Shown piece after piece: positions 19,493 to 28,905 of a stretch of DNA of 64,000 nucleotides (positions within the stretch are counted from its first letter, which is position 1; every line of letters starts with the position of its first letter). This stretch comes from an uncultured Flavobacterium sp. (GTDB lineage: Bacteria; Bacteroidota; Bacteroidia; Flavobacteriales; Flavobacteriaceae). The stretch is from NCBI GenBank assembly GCA_963513545.1, contig CAUPQW010000001.1, forward strand, positions 298,194 through 362,193. Reading direction: 5' to 3'. Position numbers and translations under genes: made by a program. Under the pieces are notes generated by a model, which was not told where the DNA came from, searched no databases, and saw only the letters and a list, made by a program, of their open reading frames with translations.

Positions 19493-20209
19493 ATGAAATT
19501 AGATATATTAGCCTTTGGTGCGCATCCGGATGATGTAGAATTGGGTTGTGCCGGAACAATCTTAAAAGAAGTATCGCTTGGTAAAAAAGTAGGTATTGTT
19601 GATTTGACACGTGGAGAATTAGGTACGCGTGGAACAGCAGAAACAAGAGATCAGGAAGCAAAAGATGCCGCAAAAATTTTAGGAGTGGTTGTACGTGAAA
19701 ACTTAGCTATGCGTGATGCTTTTTTTGCTAATGATGAAAAACATCAATTAGAGGTCATAAAAATGATTCGGAAATATAAGCCTGAAATCGTTTTGTGTAA
19801 TGCCATTGATGATCGCCACATTGATCACGGAAAAGGAAGTAAACTGGTTTCAGATGCTTGTTTTTTATCGGGCCTGGTAAAAATTGATACTTCAATAGAT
19901 GGAGCAAAACAAGAAGCGTGGAGACCAAAGATTGTTTATCACTATATTCAGTGGAAAAATATCGAACCAGATTTTGTTGTAGATATTACTGGTTTTGAAA
20001 AAAAGAAAATAGAAGCAATCCTGGCTTACAAAACGCAATTTTATGATCCAAATTCTAAAGAACCTGCTACGCCAATCACAAGCAAAAATTTTCTGGAAAG
20101 CCTAAATTACAGAGCACAGGACCTGGGAAGGCTGGTTGGTAAAGATTTTGCAGAAGGTTTTACTGTAGAAAGGTGTTTGGCTGTCAATAGCTTAGGAGGT
20201 TTGATATAA
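19493..20209 (+). CDS. bshB1: LmbE-family deacetylase, bacillithiol biosynthesis BshB1-like
   Basis: N-terminus MKLDILAFGAHPDDVELGCAGT...DLTRGELGTRG and HIDHGKG match the PIG-L/LmbE signature as found in BshB1. Confidence 0.75.
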   Translation: MKLDILAFGAHPDDVELGCAGTILKEVSLGKKVGIVDLTRGELGTRGTAETRDQEAKDAAKILGVVVRENLAMRDAFFANDEKHQLEVIKMIRKYKPEIVLCNAIDDRHIDHGKGSKLVSDACFLSGLVKIDTSIDGAKQEAWRPKIVYHYIQWKNIEPDFVVDITGFEKKKIEAILAYKTQFYDPNSKEPATPITSKNFLESLNYRAQDLGRLVGKDFAEGFTVERCLAVNSLGGLI

Positions 20210-20259
20210 AAAAGATAGATTTTTTTTAATTTTTTCTTTGTAGAAGTAAACCTTTGTCA

Positions 20260-20267
20260 TATATTTG
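20260..20267 (+). promoter_or_regulatory. Bacteroidota -7 promoter box (TAnnTTTG) for tRNA-His
   Basis: TATATTTG lies 29 nt upstream of the tRNA 5' end. Confidence 0.45.
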
Positions 20268-20295
20268 CAACCGCTAAGCGAAAGCTTAAGTAAAT

Positions 20296-20370
20296 GGTGG
20301 TTGTAGCTCAGTTGGTTAGAGTAGCGGTTTGTGGTGCCGCGGGTCGCCGGTTCGAACCCGGTCAGCCACC
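20296..20370 (+). tRNA. tRNA-His (anticodon GTG) with genome-encoded G-1
   Basis: Hand fold: G-1, acceptor GTGGTTG/CAGCCAC, D arm GCTC..GAGT, anticodon stem GCGGT/GCCGC with loop TTGTGGT (GTG), T arm GCCGG-TTCGAAC-CCGGT, discriminator C pairing with G-1. Confidence 0.9.
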
Positions 20371-20380
20371 CAGAAATTTA

Positions 20381-20409
20381 AAGCCTTGAAGTAATTCAAG
20401 GCTTTTTTT
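20381..20409 (+). terminator. intrinsic terminator after tRNA-His
   Basis: Stem aagccttgaa, loop gtaa, stem ttcaaggctt, followed by a T-run. Confidence 0.8.
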
Positions 20410-20553
20410 GTGGACTAAATTTACAGATAGTTACTGATTTTATTTTTAAGAAAAACAATCCCTCTCTCAAAACATATTGAGATTAGTTTTAAAGATCAAG
20501 CCAAAACAGTGCTGCAAAAAAAAAGACTGTCATTTTAGACAGTCTCTCGTTTT

Positions 20554-20751
20554 TTATACTTTAACTAATAGTAAACATTCTTTTAATTCTGGTTTTTCGA
20601 CGATGAAGTTTAATAACCATTCTTGCAATTGTTCCATTTCGTAAGGTAACAGTGTTTTGATAGCTTTTTCTAATTCTTTACAAAAAAGTACCGGGTCGAA
20701 ACTTACTCTCTCGAGTATTGATTTCGTGTAATCAAACATCATTTTTGACAT
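20554..20751 (-). CDS. small hypothetical protein
   Basis: 65-aa ORF followed on its own strand by the hairpin agactgtc/gacagtct (about 20523-20546) plus a U-run, which supports a real transcription unit. Confidence 0.5.
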   Translation of the reverse strand: MSKMMFDYTKSILERVSFDPVLFCKELEKAIKTLLPYEMEQLQEWLLNFIVEKPELKECLLLVKV

Positions 20752-20923
20752 AATAAAATAAGATTTTGGGGGGTTATCTCTATTTTTGAACTCGAGCCAA
20801 ATTTAATCAAATATCACATATAAAATAGCTTTTTAACTTATTTTTTTAAAAAGATTAGCAACGAATACGTTTTCTTAATATATATAAATCAATATAGATT
20901 TATTCTAAATAATGTTGTGTGAA

Positions 20924-21586
20924 TTATTTTACAGCTCTGAACATTTCTCTTTTTCCAGGTGGGCCTGCTAATTTTTCAACAGTAAATCCAACTTCAATCA
21001 TACTCCTTTTAACGACTCCTCTGGCGGCATAAGTTACTAAAACACCATTCGGTTTTAAGCTATTGTACATTTTCTGAAAAATTTCGGTACTCCAAAGCTC
21101 GGGTTGTACTCTGTATCCAAAGGCATCAAAGTAAATCAAATCAAAAATTTCAAAATCATCTATTTCATCAAAAAATTGTTTTCTTTTGGTTAATGAATAA
21201 TTAGGACTAATTTCATTTTTTTGATTCCAATCGCATTCGTGCATTTTCTTGAAAATTTCTTCAAATTGATTCGCTTTAAGCTCAGATACATAATTCATAG
21301 ATAAAACTTCGTCGGCATTGACAGGATAAGCTTCTACACCTGTATAATCAATGATTTGATTTTTTTGATTTGCTTCCAAAAAAGTTATAAAAGCATTTAG
21401 TCCAGTTCCAAAACCAATTTCGAGAATACTTACCGGGTTGTCTTCAAATAGTGAAAGACCATTTTTTATAAATACATGTTTTGCTTCCTGGATTGCGCCG
21501 TGTTTTGAATGATAACATTCATTCCATTCTTTTAAATGAATTGTTGTTGAGCCGTCTAACGTTTTAATAATTTCTCTTTCCATCAA
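20924..21586 (-). CDS. SAM-dependent tRNA U34 methyltransferase, stand-alone MnmC C-terminal-domain type (MnmD-like)
   Basis: HSKHGAIQEAKHVF, ILEIGFGTGLNAF, YFDAFGYRVQPELWS, GVLVTYAARG and GPPGKREM match the MnmC methyltransferase module. Confidence 0.7.
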   Translation of the reverse strand: MMEREIIKTLDGSTTIHLKEWNECYHSKHGAIQEAKHVFIKNGLSLFEDNPVSILEIGFGTGLNAFITFLEANQKNQIIDYTGVEAYPVNADEVLSMNYVSELKANQFEEIFKKMHECDWNQKNEISPNYSLTKRKQFFDEIDDFEIFDLIYFDAFGYRVQPELWSTEIFQKMYNSLKPNGVLVTYAARGVVKRSMIEVGFTVEKLAGPPGKREMFRAVK

Positions 21587-21886
21587 TTTAAACTTTACAG
21601 TGCTATTGGATAGTTTGTAGTATTAGTAATAAGTCAAAAATAATCAAAACAAATGCGTAAAGCCTTAAAAAATCAAGGTTTTTTCATAAAATCCATATAA
21701 AAATCAGCTAAAATTTTAAGTTTATTGTAAGATAAATAAATCTCAGTTAAATGAGGTAATTAATGGTTTTTTAGCAAGTAAATTATATATTTTTACTTAA
21801 TTTTGCATCAATAAATTCTATTTATATCATATTGTCACTTTAAGAATCTTCTTTTGTGATGAAAATTACGTAAAACTTACATTATT

Positions 21887-22957
21887 ATGAGTACAACTCA
21901 AACAAGCAAAATTGAAATCAGAAAAGCCACTTCTTCTAAAATTAGTAGTGTAGACTTTGAAAACTTAAGCTTTGGTGCTGTATTTACAGACCATTTATTC
22001 GAATGTGATTTTAAAAATGGAGAGTGGCAAACACCGGTCATTAAGCCTTATGCTCCAATTTTAATGGATCCGTCTTCTAAAGTCTTTCATTATGGTCAGG
22101 CAATTTTTGAAGGAATGAAAGCTTACAAAGATGATAATAATGATGTTTGGTTGTTCAGACCGGATGAAAACTACAAGCGTTTTAATAATTCAGCAGTTCG
22201 TATGGCAATGCCGGAAGTTCCTGAATCAGTTTTTATGGATGGTTTGAATGAGTTATTGAAAATTGATCAGGACTGGATTCAAAGAGGAAACGGAAGCAGT
22301 ATGTATATTCGTCCGTTTATGATTGCTACAGGTCCCGGAGTTGTAGCTAATCCTTCGGATGAATATAAATTTATGATCTTACTTTCTCCTGCAAAATCAT
22401 ACTATTCAGGTGAAGTAAAAGTAATTATTGCAGAGCATTACAGTAGAGCTGCCAATGGTGGAATAGGGGCTGCAAAAGCGGCTGGAAATTACGCAGCACA
22501 GTTCTATCCAACTAACCTGGCTAACAAAGACGGTTTTCAGCAGGTGATCTGGACTGATGATGCAACGCACACAAAATTAGAAGAGGCCGGCACAATGAAT
22601 GTTTTCTTTAGAATCAATGATACTTTATTGACAGCTCCAACTAGTGAAAGAATCTTAGATGGTATTACCAGAAAAAGTTTAATTGCCATGGCTGAAAAAG
22701 AAGGCCTGAATGTAGAAGTTCGTCCTGTTATTGTTTCAGAATTGGTTGAAGCTGCTAAAAACGGATCTTTAAAAGAAATTTTTGGAGCAGGAACAGCAGC
22801 CGTTGTAAGTGTTATCAAAGGATTTTCTTATCAGGATGTTTATTATGAAATGGCTCCAATTGAGAATTCATATGCTTCTCTCCTAAAAGAAAAACTAACA
22901 AATCTTCAAAACAAACTTGCTGAGGATACTTTTGGCTGGACAGTAAAAGTTCAATAA
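21887..22957 (+). CDS. ilvE: branched-chain amino acid aminotransferase (class IV)
   Basis: 356 aa with FEGMKAY, YIRPF, AAKAAGNYA, EEAGTMNVF. Confidence 0.85.
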   Translation: MSTTQTSKIEIRKATSSKISSVDFENLSFGAVFTDHLFECDFKNGEWQTPVIKPYAPILMDPSSKVFHYGQAIFEGMKAYKDDNNDVWLFRPDENYKRFNNSAVRMAMPEVPESVFMDGLNELLKIDQDWIQRGNGSSMYIRPFMIATGPGVVANPSDEYKFMILLSPAKSYYSGEVKVIIAEHYSRAANGGIGAAKAAGNYAAQFYPTNLANKDGFQQVIWTDDATHTKLEEAGTMNVFFRINDTLLTAPTSERILDGITRKSLIAMAEKEGLNVEVRPVIVSELVEAAKNGSLKEIFGAGTAAVVSVIKGFSYQDVYYEMAPIENSYASLLKEKLTNLQNKLAEDTFGWTVKVQ

Positions 22958-23045
22958 TCAAAAGATTTATATAAAAACAAGCCCGATGATTTAACAGTTG
23001 TCGGGTTTTCTATTTTATATTTGTTTTTCAAACAATATTTAGATT

Positions 23046-23621
23046 ATGCAGGATCTGGTTTTAAAAAATATAGCCAAACACATTTCGCTTGACGAAAATG
23101 AAACAGCTTATTTTCTTTCGATCTTAAAAGAAAGGAAGTATCCAAAAAAAACTATTATTTTAAAAGAAGGAGATATTTGTAAAACAATAAATTTTGTGCA
23201 ATCAGGAACTTTAAGAGCATTTTACAGAGATCAGCAAGGAAAAGAATCTACTATCATGTTTGCTGTTTCTGACTGGTGGATTACAGACATGGCTTGTTTC
23301 ATAAACCAACAACCTGCAATATTGAATATTGAAACAATTGAAGAGAGCTATATGTTACATTTGCAAAAAGATGATTTAGATCACTTGTATCTTAAAATTC
23401 CAAAATTTGAGCGATTTTTCAGGATTATTATGCAAAATGCTTATATTAGAGAACAGTTAAGGGTTATTCAAAATCTTTCTCTCACAGCAGAGCAACGGTA
23501 TTATATTTTTTTAGAAAAATATCCGCAAGTGGTAAAACAAGTTACACAAAAACAAATAGCATCATACTTGGGAATTACGCCTGAGTTTTTAAGTATGATT
23601 AAAGCAAATAAAAAGAAATAG
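23046..23621 (+). CDS. Crp/Fnr family transcriptional regulator
   Basis: 191 aa. cNMP-binding-like N-terminus (ILKEGDICKTINFVQSGTLRAF) and a C-terminal HTH (QKQIASYLGITPEFLSMI). Confidence 0.75.
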   Translation: MQDLVLKNIAKHISLDENETAYFLSILKERKYPKKTIILKEGDICKTINFVQSGTLRAFYRDQQGKESTIMFAVSDWWITDMACFINQQPAILNIETIEESYMLHLQKDDLDHLYLKIPKFERFFRIIMQNAYIREQLRVIQNLSLTAEQRYYIFLEKYPQVVKQVTQKQIASYLGITPEFLSMIKANKKK

Positions 23622-23656
23622 GGTTTTCTTAAACTACATTATTTTTTTGCTGTAAT

Positions 23657-24049
23657 ATGTTCACGTGCTTTGTGAAAAAATATATAGAAAATATGTTAAT
23701 ACTTATAGCAGGTCCTTATCGTGGAGGGACAAATGACGATCCCAAATTAATTCAACAAAATTTAGAAAAATTAGAAGCTGTAGCCCTTCCGTTATTCAGA
23801 ATGGGGCATTTGCCTGTAATTGGCGAATGGTTGGCTTTGCCGCTGCTTCATTTAGCCGGATCTAAAGCAATTGGTGATAGCGTCTGGGACGAAATACAAT
23901 ATCCGGTTGCTCATCGGCTTCTTGAAAAATGTGATGCAGTTCTTCGTCTTGAAGGAGAGTCAAAAGGGGCAGATAACGATGTAAGAATTGCTAAAGAAAA
24001 AGGATTGAAGATTTATTATCGTCTGGAGGATGTTCCTGAGGTACAATAA
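23657..24049 (+). CDS. hypothetical protein (start may be the internal Met at 23693)
   Basis: ORF only. MLILIAGPYRGGTNDDP... is not recognised with confidence. Confidence 0.5.
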   Translation: MFTCFVKKYIENMLILIAGPYRGGTNDDPKLIQQNLEKLEAVALPLFRMGHLPVIGEWLALPLLHLAGSKAIGDSVWDEIQYPVAHRLLEKCDAVLRLEGESKGADNDVRIAKEKGLKIYYRLEDVPEVQ

Positions 24050-24107
24050 TTAGATTTAAAATTAGAAAATCCCTGGTAATTTTTTTAAACTTACCAGGGA
24101 TTAATGT

Positions 24108-24488
24108 TTAAAATAATTTCGAAAAATCAGGTTTAAAATAATTCGGTCCTTTCATTACTTTCCCATCTTCACGATAAATAGGCTGTCCATCGTCTCCTAA
24201 TTTACTCATATTACTGCGCTGGATTTCATCAAAAACAGCTTCAATTTTGTCCTGCAGTCCATGTTCGATAATTGTTCCGCATAATATATACATCATATCT
24301 CCAAGTGCATCAGCGATTTCAATTAAATCGTTATTTTGTACCGCCTCAAGATATTCTTCATTTTCTTCTTTCATTAAATTATAGCGAAGGTGTTTTTTTG
24401 TTTCGCCTAAATCTGCAATGGGAGTTTCACTATGACCTATTTTAAAAGCAGTGTGAAATTCTTTTACAGCATCTATTTGTTTCTTCAT
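24108..24488 (-). CDS. MazG-like nucleoside triphosphate pyrophosphohydrolase family protein
   Basis: From the internal Met (MKKQIDAVKEFHTAF...). EENEEYLEA and IADALGDMMYILCGT are typical all-alpha NTP-PPase motifs. The longer track start at 24566 would overlap the divergent promoter. Confidence 0.65.
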   Translation of the reverse strand: MKKQIDAVKEFHTAFKIGHSETPIADLGETKKHLRYNLMKEENEEYLEAVQNNDLIEIADALGDMMYILCGTIIEHGLQDKIEAVFDEIQRSNMSKLGDDGQPIYREDGKVMKGPNYFKPDFSKLF

Positions 24489-24568
24489 TTTTTTATTGAT
24501 TAAATGGACTGCCAAATTAGCAACTATTCGTATACAATTCTCTAAATTTGTCAAAAATAATTTCAATT

Positions 24569-24757
24569 ATGTTTAGTCAGGGACAATTAATATTCGCAGT
24601 CTGTTTTTTTATCACATTTGTTATCGTAATGATTTTCGCTTACCGAAAAGATCTTGCTTTACACAAGATATTTTATAAGGGAAATTATAAAGTATTAATT
24701 GGTTTTCTGCTTTTTATTCTGATTCTGTTTTTAATCAAATTCTTTTTTAAAAGATAA
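24569..24757 (+). CDS. small membrane protein (2 predicted TM segments)
   Basis: ATG at 24569 lies 19 nt after a TAAATTTG -7 box (24543-24550). Hydrophobic stretches: LIFAVCFFITFVIVMIFA and VLIGFLLFILILFLI. Confidence 0.45.
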   Translation: MFSQGQLIFAVCFFITFVIVMIFAYRKDLALHKIFYKGNYKVLIGFLLFILILFLIKFFFKR

Positions 24758-24928
24758 ATTTGAAAACTATTTCTATGTTTAAAAATCTGAAATATACTTT
24801 AAACTTTTTAAAATCGTTCTGTTATATGTGTTTTTGAAGAAAATATAATCAAGAAAACTGTTTTTATTTTTTGTAATTCGTAACACTATTAATAAATTTA
24901 TAACTTTACGACACCAAATAACCTACAC

Positions 24929-26065
24929 ATGAAAATCCTAAAATATCTGTTTCTTTTACTGTTATTAAGTTTTGTTGCTTTAAGTGTTTTTGTGGCTACT
25001 CAAAAAGGCATTTTTAGTGTTGAGCGAAGCAAAGTCATTAATTCGCCAAGAGCAACTGTATATAATTATGTAAATGATTTTAGAAATTTTGAAGATTTTG
25101 AATCTTGGGCAATTGAAGATCCAACAATAAAAATGTCTTTTCCGGGAAAGACAACAGGAAATGGAGCTTTATTTTCATGGGAAGGCAGTGAAGCAAAAGG
25201 GAGCGGTATAACACTACAGGCTAAAGACGGAGAAAGTATTCATCAAAAAATGAATTTTGACGGTACAGATGCTGATGTTTATTGGGTTTTTAAAGATACT
25301 CTTAATGGTAAAACAAAAGTTACCTGGAAAGCGAAAGGAGAAATGAGCTTTCTTTTTAAAATTTATACTGTTTTGAATGGTGGTTCTGATAAAGTAATAG
25401 GAACAATGTATGAAAAAACCCTTGTCAATATTGATAAGAATCTGGATTACGAAACTAAAACGTACGCTATAAAAGTAAATGGTGTTGTTAAAAAAACAGA
25501 GAGTTTTTATATTAAGCAGACTTTTACAAGTGAGATTCAAAAAGTAAATAAAAATGCCAGAATTGTTATTCCGAAACTGATAGAGTTTAGTAAAACCAAT
25601 AATTTATATACAAACGGAAAGCCTTTTATTATTTATCATACTTATGATACAAATACCAATTTGGCAAAAATTTCGATTTGTTTGCCAATAAACAAAGAAA
25701 TTTTCACAAGTGCAGGAAGTGATATTTTATCTGGTAAATTGAACAGTTTTGTAGCTGTGAAAACTACTTTGAAAGGAGATTACTCTCATACAAATGAAGC
25801 TATTGCCAAAACAACAGCTTTTATTAACAAGGAAAAAATCACTCCTGATTTAAGCTGGTCACATCTTGAAATCTTAACGGCAGGGAAATTGGATGTTAAA
25901 AGTTCATCAAGATTAGTAACAGAAATTTACTATCCAGTTATTCCAAAGGTAATTCCGGTTGCTGTACCTCCGGCATACAAACCTGTTGCTTCTGAACCGG
26001 TCGCTAAAAAACCTGCCGAAACGCCTCCTGCTAAAACAACTCCGGAAGAAGAATCTGAATTTTAA
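24929..26065 (+). CDS. SRPBCC/START-like plus GyrI-like effector-binding domain protein with Pro/Ala-rich tail
   Basis: 378 aa with an N-terminal TM/signal segment. Fold assignment is tentative, from overall pattern. C-terminal PVAVPPAYKPVASEPVAKKPAETPPAKTTPEEE. Confidence 0.5.
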   Translation: MKILKYLFLLLLLSFVALSVFVATQKGIFSVERSKVINSPRATVYNYVNDFRNFEDFESWAIEDPTIKMSFPGKTTGNGALFSWEGSEAKGSGITLQAKDGESIHQKMNFDGTDADVYWVFKDTLNGKTKVTWKAKGEMSFLFKIYTVLNGGSDKVIGTMYEKTLVNIDKNLDYETKTYAIKVNGVVKKTESFYIKQTFTSEIQKVNKNARIVIPKLIEFSKTNNLYTNGKPFIIYHTYDTNTNLAKISICLPINKEIFTSAGSDILSGKLNSFVAVKTTLKGDYSHTNEAIAKTTAFINKEKITPDLSWSHLEILTAGKLDVKSSSRLVTEIYYPVIPKVIPVAVPPAYKPVASEPVAKKPAETPPAKTTPEEESEF

Positions 26066-26129
26066 AAAAAAAATAAAGGAGAGATTAAACCTTTTGTGAT
26101 TAATTCATTCAAACAAGATAAAAAAAAAC

Positions 26130-26672
26130 TTGACCGAAGAGAAGGAATTTATAGCACAATTATTAAATCCTAAAACGCAGAATGTTGCGTTTCAGAAACT
26201 CTTGTCAGAATATCAAAAACCTTTGTATTCTCATATTCGGAATATTGTTTTGAATCATGATGATGCCGATGATGTTTTGCAGAATACCTTTGTAAAAGTA
26301 TTTCAGTATCTGAAAAATTTTAAGGGAGAAAGCAAGCTTTTTTCCTGGATGTATAGAATTGCAACCAATGAGGCCCTTACTTTTTTGAGTCAGAAAGCAA
26401 AATTAAGTGGTTTGACATCAGAGGCTTTGCAGAATAAAACCATAGATAATTTAAAGGCCGATAGTTATTTTGATGGAGATGAGATTCAGATAAAGCTTCA
26501 AAAAGCGATCGTTACATTACCTGAAAAACAACAATTGGTTTTTAAAATGAAGTATTTCGAAGAATTGAAATATGAGGAAATCTCCGAAATTCTGGGGACT
26601 TCAGTAGGGGCATTGAAAGCCTCATATCATCATGCGGTAAAAAAAATTGAATTATATGTTACATCAAATTAA
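26130..26672 (+). CDS. ECF-type RNA polymerase sigma-70 factor (TTG start)
   Basis: Region 2: DADDVLQNTFVKVFQYL, FSWMYRIATNEAL. Region 4: YEEISEILGTSVGALKASYHHAVKK. Confidence 0.85.
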   Translation: MTEEKEFIAQLLNPKTQNVAFQKLLSEYQKPLYSHIRNIVLNHDDADDVLQNTFVKVFQYLKNFKGESKLFSWMYRIATNEALTFLSQKAKLSGLTSEALQNKTIDNLKADSYFDGDEIQIKLQKAIVTLPEKQQLVFKMKYFEELKYEEISEILGTSVGALKASYHHAVKKIELYVTSN

Positions 26673-26705
26673 ACCTTTTGTTATAAAACTTGTCTTATAG
26701 CTATT

Positions 26706-27116
26706 ATGAAAGTATTTAAATTAGAAAACGAACCGAAGATTAAAACCGGATTTAAAACTCCGGAACATTATTTTGATGATCTTTCGGCAAAAGTTTTACA
26801 GCAAATTAGTGAAACAGAAGTAAAGGTAATACCAATTTACAAACGTAAAAAGGTTGTTGCAACGCTTGCTGCTGCAGTAGTTTTTATTGCGTTGATGATT
26901 CCGATAGTAAATAATTATAAATCTTCTAAAGAACTCGACGAGGCTGCTTTAGAAACATATTTGTCTTATGAGTCCAATTTAAATCAATATGATTTGATTC
27001 GGGAACTGGATACAAAAGATATTGAAGCCATAAATAAAAATGTTGTCCTCGAGCAGGAAACTCTTGAAGATGTTTTGTCTTCAAATCCAAATATTGAGAA
27101 TTTAATTTCAGAATAA
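26706..27116 (+). CDS. putative anti-sigma factor (single-pass membrane protein)
   Basis: Directly follows the ECF sigma gene. One TM segment: VVATLAAAVVFIALMIPIV. Confidence 0.5.
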   Translation: MKVFKLENEPKIKTGFKTPEHYFDDLSAKVLQQISETEVKVIPIYKRKKVVATLAAAVVFIALMIPIVNNYKSSKELDEAALETYLSYESNLNQYDLIRELDTKDIEAINKNVVLEQETLEDVLSSNPNIENLISE

Positions 27117-27134
27117 AAATAAAAAACAATAAAG

Positions 27135-27593
27135 ATGAAAATTAAAAATATACTTCCCATATTGCTATTTTTAGTTAGTTTTTCATTTTATGCGCAAAGT
27201 GATAAAATAGATGAAAAGCGTGAAAAAATTAAAGCTTTTAAGGTATCCTTTTTGACTACAGAGTTGGAGCTGACCTCTAATGAAGCTGAAAAATTCTGGC
27301 CAATTTATAACGATTTTGATGATAAACAATATGAATTGCGTCATGAAAAAATGAAAACCTATTTGAGAAAGCTGAATGATGATACAGTTAATTCACTTTC
27401 AGAAAAAGAAGCTGCTTCATTGTTGTCTCAAATAGAAAGTACAGATAAAGAATTGTATTTTTTAAGAGAAAAATATATGAGTAACCTTAAAAAAGTGCTT
27501 TCGGCTAAAAAAATATTGAAATTAAAAAAATCAGAAGATGATTTTAATCGAAAATTATTAAAGCAATATAAAGAAAAAGCAGGTAAGAGCTAA
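27135..27593 (+). CDS. periplasmic helical protein of the ECF operon (Spy/CpxP-like?)
   Basis: Signal peptide, Lys/Glu-rich helical sequence, LTSNEAEKFWPIYNDFDDK. Third gene of the sigma/anti-sigma cluster. Confidence 0.45.
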   Translation: MKIKNILPILLFLVSFSFYAQSDKIDEKREKIKAFKVSFLTTELELTSNEAEKFWPIYNDFDDKQYELRHEKMKTYLRKLNDDTVNSLSEKEAASLLSQIESTDKELYFLREKYMSNLKKVLSAKKILKLKKSEDDFNRKLLKQYKEKAGKS

Positions 27594-27724
27594 TCTTGAA
27601 AAAATAAATACCGACTGCCGTCACAAATACCACAAAAGGCGACAAATACCACGAGGAACAACAGCGATAAGACCCCTATATAATAATACTTACTTTATTA
27701 TTTAGGGGTTTTATTATTATGTTA

Positions 27725-28786
27725 TTATTTAAAGCGAAGTCTGATGACTTTATTGTGTCCGGCCGCAATAGCTGTATTTCTATTGATAAAACGAATTGTA
27801 AAAAGTTTTGAATCAGTAGATAATTGCGTCCAGTTTTCACCGCCATTTTGAGAATATTGAATCCCCTCAGAGCCAACGCAGATAATTTCTTTGCCGTTAC
27901 CTCCTGGAACATACTGTACACACGATGCGTATCCAAAACCCATACCCTGACCTATTAATTCCCAGGTTTTTCCACCATCTGTTGTGAAAGCTTTATTGTT
28001 GGTTTTTTGGTTTGGAAGTTCGTAATCACCTCCGGCAATAAATCCATGTTTAGAATCGTAAAAATCTGCTGTAAAAATACCTGTCATTGTTTTTCCCTGA
28101 ACAATAGGAGTTTCAATAACTTTCCAGGTTTTGCCTTTATCCGGAGAATAAAAAACCCGGGATTTTTTTCCTCCCGAAACCAGCCAGGTATCATCTCCTT
28201 TTATAACAATGTTAGAATTGCTGGCCGCAAAGGCAGATTCGCCTTTGGCATTTGTAGGTAATTTATCTGATAATAATTTTGTCCATGTTTCTCCTCCATC
28301 GCGGGTTATTATGATAGAAAAGGTATCTTCTGTAGGATCTCCAATTGCAATTCCTTCCTTGTCGTTCCAAAATTGCATACTATCATAAAAAACTCTTTCA
28401 TTAATTTCCTTGTAAACTAATTTTGTTTTTTGTGTCTTTTTTGAAACTGAATAAAGTAATGCGGGATTTCCAACACTTAATAAAAAAATATCTTTTGAAG
28501 TTTGAGCTATACTTCTGAATTCTAATTTTAAAGTGTCCCGGTAAATATGCTCTTCAAATTTTTCTTTTTTATCTAAATCGTAGTAGCCAAAACGAGAATT
28601 ATCAGCGCCATACCAAACTTTATTTTTATCAATTAAAATGGCCCTGATGCTAATTTTGTCTTCAAATAAAGTATCTGTTTGCATAGAAGTAAAACCGCTA
28701 TACATAGTTGTTTTGGTACTATTATTCAATGTTTTAAAAGATATGAATAAAATAAAAACACCGCAAAACAATATTACTTTTTTCAT
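27725..28786 (-). CDS. BNR/Asp-box repeat beta-propeller protein (Ycf48-like)
   Basis: Asp-box repeats: RDGGETWTKL, SPDKGKTWKVI, TDGGKTWELI, SQNGGENWTQL. Confidence 0.7.
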   Translation of the reverse strand: MKKVILFCGVFILFISFKTLNNSTKTTMYSGFTSMQTDTLFEDKISIRAILIDKNKVWYGADNSRFGYYDLDKKEKFEEHIYRDTLKLEFRSIAQTSKDIFLLSVGNPALLYSVSKKTQKTKLVYKEINERVFYDSMQFWNDKEGIAIGDPTEDTFSIIITRDGGETWTKLLSDKLPTNAKGESAFAASNSNIVIKGDDTWLVSGGKKSRVFYSPDKGKTWKVIETPIVQGKTMTGIFTADFYDSKHGFIAGGDYELPNQKTNNKAFTTDGGKTWELIGQGMGFGYASCVQYVPGGNGKEIICVGSEGIQYSQNGGENWTQLSTDSKLFTIRFINRNTAIAAGHNKVIRLRFK

Positions 28787-28905
28787 ATAGGTTAAGATTT
28801 AGTTATTGCTAAAATACAATTATTTATAACATGTGAAGTATATTTTGTTTTTTTTGTGGCACAGTAATTGGATACTACAGATTATTAATCTTAATATGAT
28901 TTGCC